Both the position numbers and the translations under genes were made by a program. From assembly GCA_050301075.1 (NCBI GenBank), contig JBNKYV010000093.1:1-28149 (forward strand): a stretch of DNA of 28,149 nucleotides, written 5' to 3'. Below are positions 26,661 to 28,149 of the stretch, piece after piece. Source of the stretch: Gammaproteobacteria bacterium (lineage in GTDB: Bacteria; Pseudomonadota; Gammaproteobacteria; Tenderiales; Tenderiaceae). Within the stretch, counting starts at the first letter, position 1. Each line of letters starts with the position of its first letter. The notes under the pieces were generated by a model. It made no database searches. It was given only the letters and a program-made list of their open reading frames with translations, and was not told the DNA's origin.

Positions 26661-28082
26661 CTAAAGGATGGGGCTAGCGGTCTGTTGTGCTTCTTGCTGA
26701 ATCACTTTAACAATAACCCCTTCGGGTTGTTGAATCAGTGTTTCGATGGAGTTTGTTGAGCTGGCTAAATGATCACGCAATTGTTTGTTCGCAGGATCAA
26801 ACGGATCGAAAACAATAAAATCGATCTTGCCGATATTTTTCATTAGTTCTTCAGCCGTTTCGAAGTTTGGTGGCAGCGGAAACACTGGGCGTTTGATCGC
26901 CAGCATGGTTTTAGCGGGCCACTGGCTAATGGTAAAGAAACGCTCTTCCATATCTTCAGTTTCTACTGCTAGAGAGCGAATAATGCTATCGCTAGGCTCT
27001 AGTGTGCTGTTCACAACACTGCCGCGATAAGCACGATCACCCACCATAAAGGCTGTGGTCATGATGAAGATGGCGAACATGACAATGCCGCGCTGCCCCA
27101 CAAAGTTGTTGCCGCCAAAACCTTTGTTCAGTTTTATAAGCAAAGGGATTCCGCTATAGAGTGCTAGCGCAAGAACCAGCATGGCCCAGCCAAAGTCTGC
27201 TGAACTCATGCCGATCAGAATGCCGACAATCAGCATGCGTGTCATCATGTTGTCGAGCAGGCGTTTGTATTGAAAGCCAACAACGGAGATAGCAATGATG
27301 GCTGGCAAGATGCCGGATGCAGCGCTGAGTGGCGTAGGGTCGCCTGGGATTCGTCCGAGTGTTGCTGCGCCCAGTGTCTCCAGAGGGTTAAGGCCCCATG
27401 TTATTGCCGGGTTGCCAAGTAAGTAGCTAAACAGTAAAGCAAAAATGGCAGCTAAACTTACGCCTATGTACAGTTGTTTTTGTTGGCGTGCATCAATGGG
27501 GTTACGTTGCCATTCCCATACTAGCGCTAATGCATAAGCAAGGCCGGCGGGGTGAATGGTGGTAAGCGTAACGACCAATAATAGTTGCGTGAAGTACCAG
27601 CCGCTCAATTGTTTTCCAGCGCTTCGGTATTTGTTGTTTAACCAATAACCGACTGCAAAACCAAGTAGTAAGAATGGGCCTGCGCTTACCGCATTGATTT
27701 GCATAAAAGAGAGTGGTGCGATTAATAACAGGCCGGATGCAATGAGTGCTGTTTCGGCGTCATCATTATTTTTGCTCCAGCGGTAAAACATTGTTGCTGC
27801 GCCAAAAAGAACGAACAGCATAAATACTTTTACTGCAACAATACTGCCTGGCCAGTAAGCACCTAGTGGTAAAAATAGTAAGGCGCGAAAGTCCGGTGCG
27901 CCTAGTGTAACGATTGGATTAACGACACGATCACTAACAGTCCAGTTTAATAACAGCGCTCTGGCTGCAGACTCATCAATGCCATAGGCGTCTAATCGCA
28001 AAAGACTTAAACTAATTACTAAAGCCCCCCAAACTAGTAGGGCTAAAACTCCCCAGTAGCGGTAAATCTTTGCTGCTTCCAT
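26661..28082 (-). CDS. Hypothetical multi-pass membrane protein, GT-C (ArnT/PMT-like) glycosyltransferase-like architecture
   Basis: 473-aa ORF with GAGAG SD. TM1 is followed by a loop with an acidic DE pair (DAYGIDES), then roughly 9-11 hydrophobic segments and a ~125-aa soluble C-terminal domain. The CDS is well supported; the function is inferred from topology only. Confidence 0.6.
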   Translation of the reverse strand: MEAAKIYRYWGVLALLVWGALVISLSLLRLDAYGIDESAARALLLNWTVSDRVVNPIVTLGAPDFRALLFLPLGAYWPGSIVAVKVFMLFVLFGAATMFYRWSKNNDDAETALIASGLLLIAPLSFMQINAVSAGPFLLLGFAVGYWLNNKYRSAGKQLSGWYFTQLLLVVTLTTIHPAGLAYALALVWEWQRNPIDARQQKQLYIGVSLAAIFALLFSYLLGNPAITWGLNPLETLGAATLGRIPGDPTPLSAASGILPAIIAISVVGFQYKRLLDNMMTRMLIVGILIGMSSADFGWAMLVLALALYSGIPLLIKLNKGFGGNNFVGQRGIVMFAIFIMTTAFMVGDRAYRGSVVNSTLEPSDSIIRSLAVETEDMEERFFTISQWPAKTMLAIKRPVFPLPPNFETAEELMKNIGKIDFIVFDPFDPANKQLRDHLASSTNSIETLIQQPEGVIVKVIQQEAQQTASPIL

Positions 28083-28097
28083 GAAAACTCTCTAAAA

Positions 28098-28125
28098 ATT
28101 GTAATACTTATAAAACGAACGCCAA
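28098..28125 (-). promoter_or_regulatory. Candidate sigma70 promoter for the membrane protein gene
   Basis: - strand TTGGCG (28125-28120)-N16-TACAAT (28103-28098). It would give a very short (~10 nt) leader. Confidence 0.3.
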
Positions 28126-28149
28126 ATCATAGCCCAATTCATATAGAGG

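Overview
A gene-dense, mostly housekeeping window from a gammaproteobacterium. The HprK/EI/EIIA-Man PTS cluster suggests a non-enteric, non-Pseudomonas lineage (inference). Bases 1-20698 carry 23 co-directional + strand genes that join two normally recognisable clusters: yicC(3' end)-gmk-rpoZ-spoT-ridA-recG-ubiA, and yrbG-[HMA]-kdsD-kdsC-lptCAB-rpoN-ptsN-hprK-rapZ-EIIA(Man)-HPr-EI-mgtE. An EAL-HDOD gene closes the run. The rest holds an orphan hydantoinase/oxoprolinase A subunit (-), a GldA/GldF/GldG-like ABC system plus mutM (+), and an uncharacterised multi-TM, GT-C-like membrane protein (-). I saw no tRNA, rRNA, CRISPR array, IS element, prophage or frameshifted gene. I cannot claim a clearly new system. 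The best leads are: (i) a transporter-less PTS with an atypical HprK (conserved His->Tyr, eroded N-domain) and no hpf gene after rpoN; (ii) an EAL-HDOD protein with a catalytic Glu->Ser change behind a sigma28-like promoter; (iii) the Gld-like ABC / GT-C-like envelope module; (iv) a CopZ-like gene inserted in the yrbG-kdsD operon. All assignments come from recognising motifs by eye; no database searches were run.
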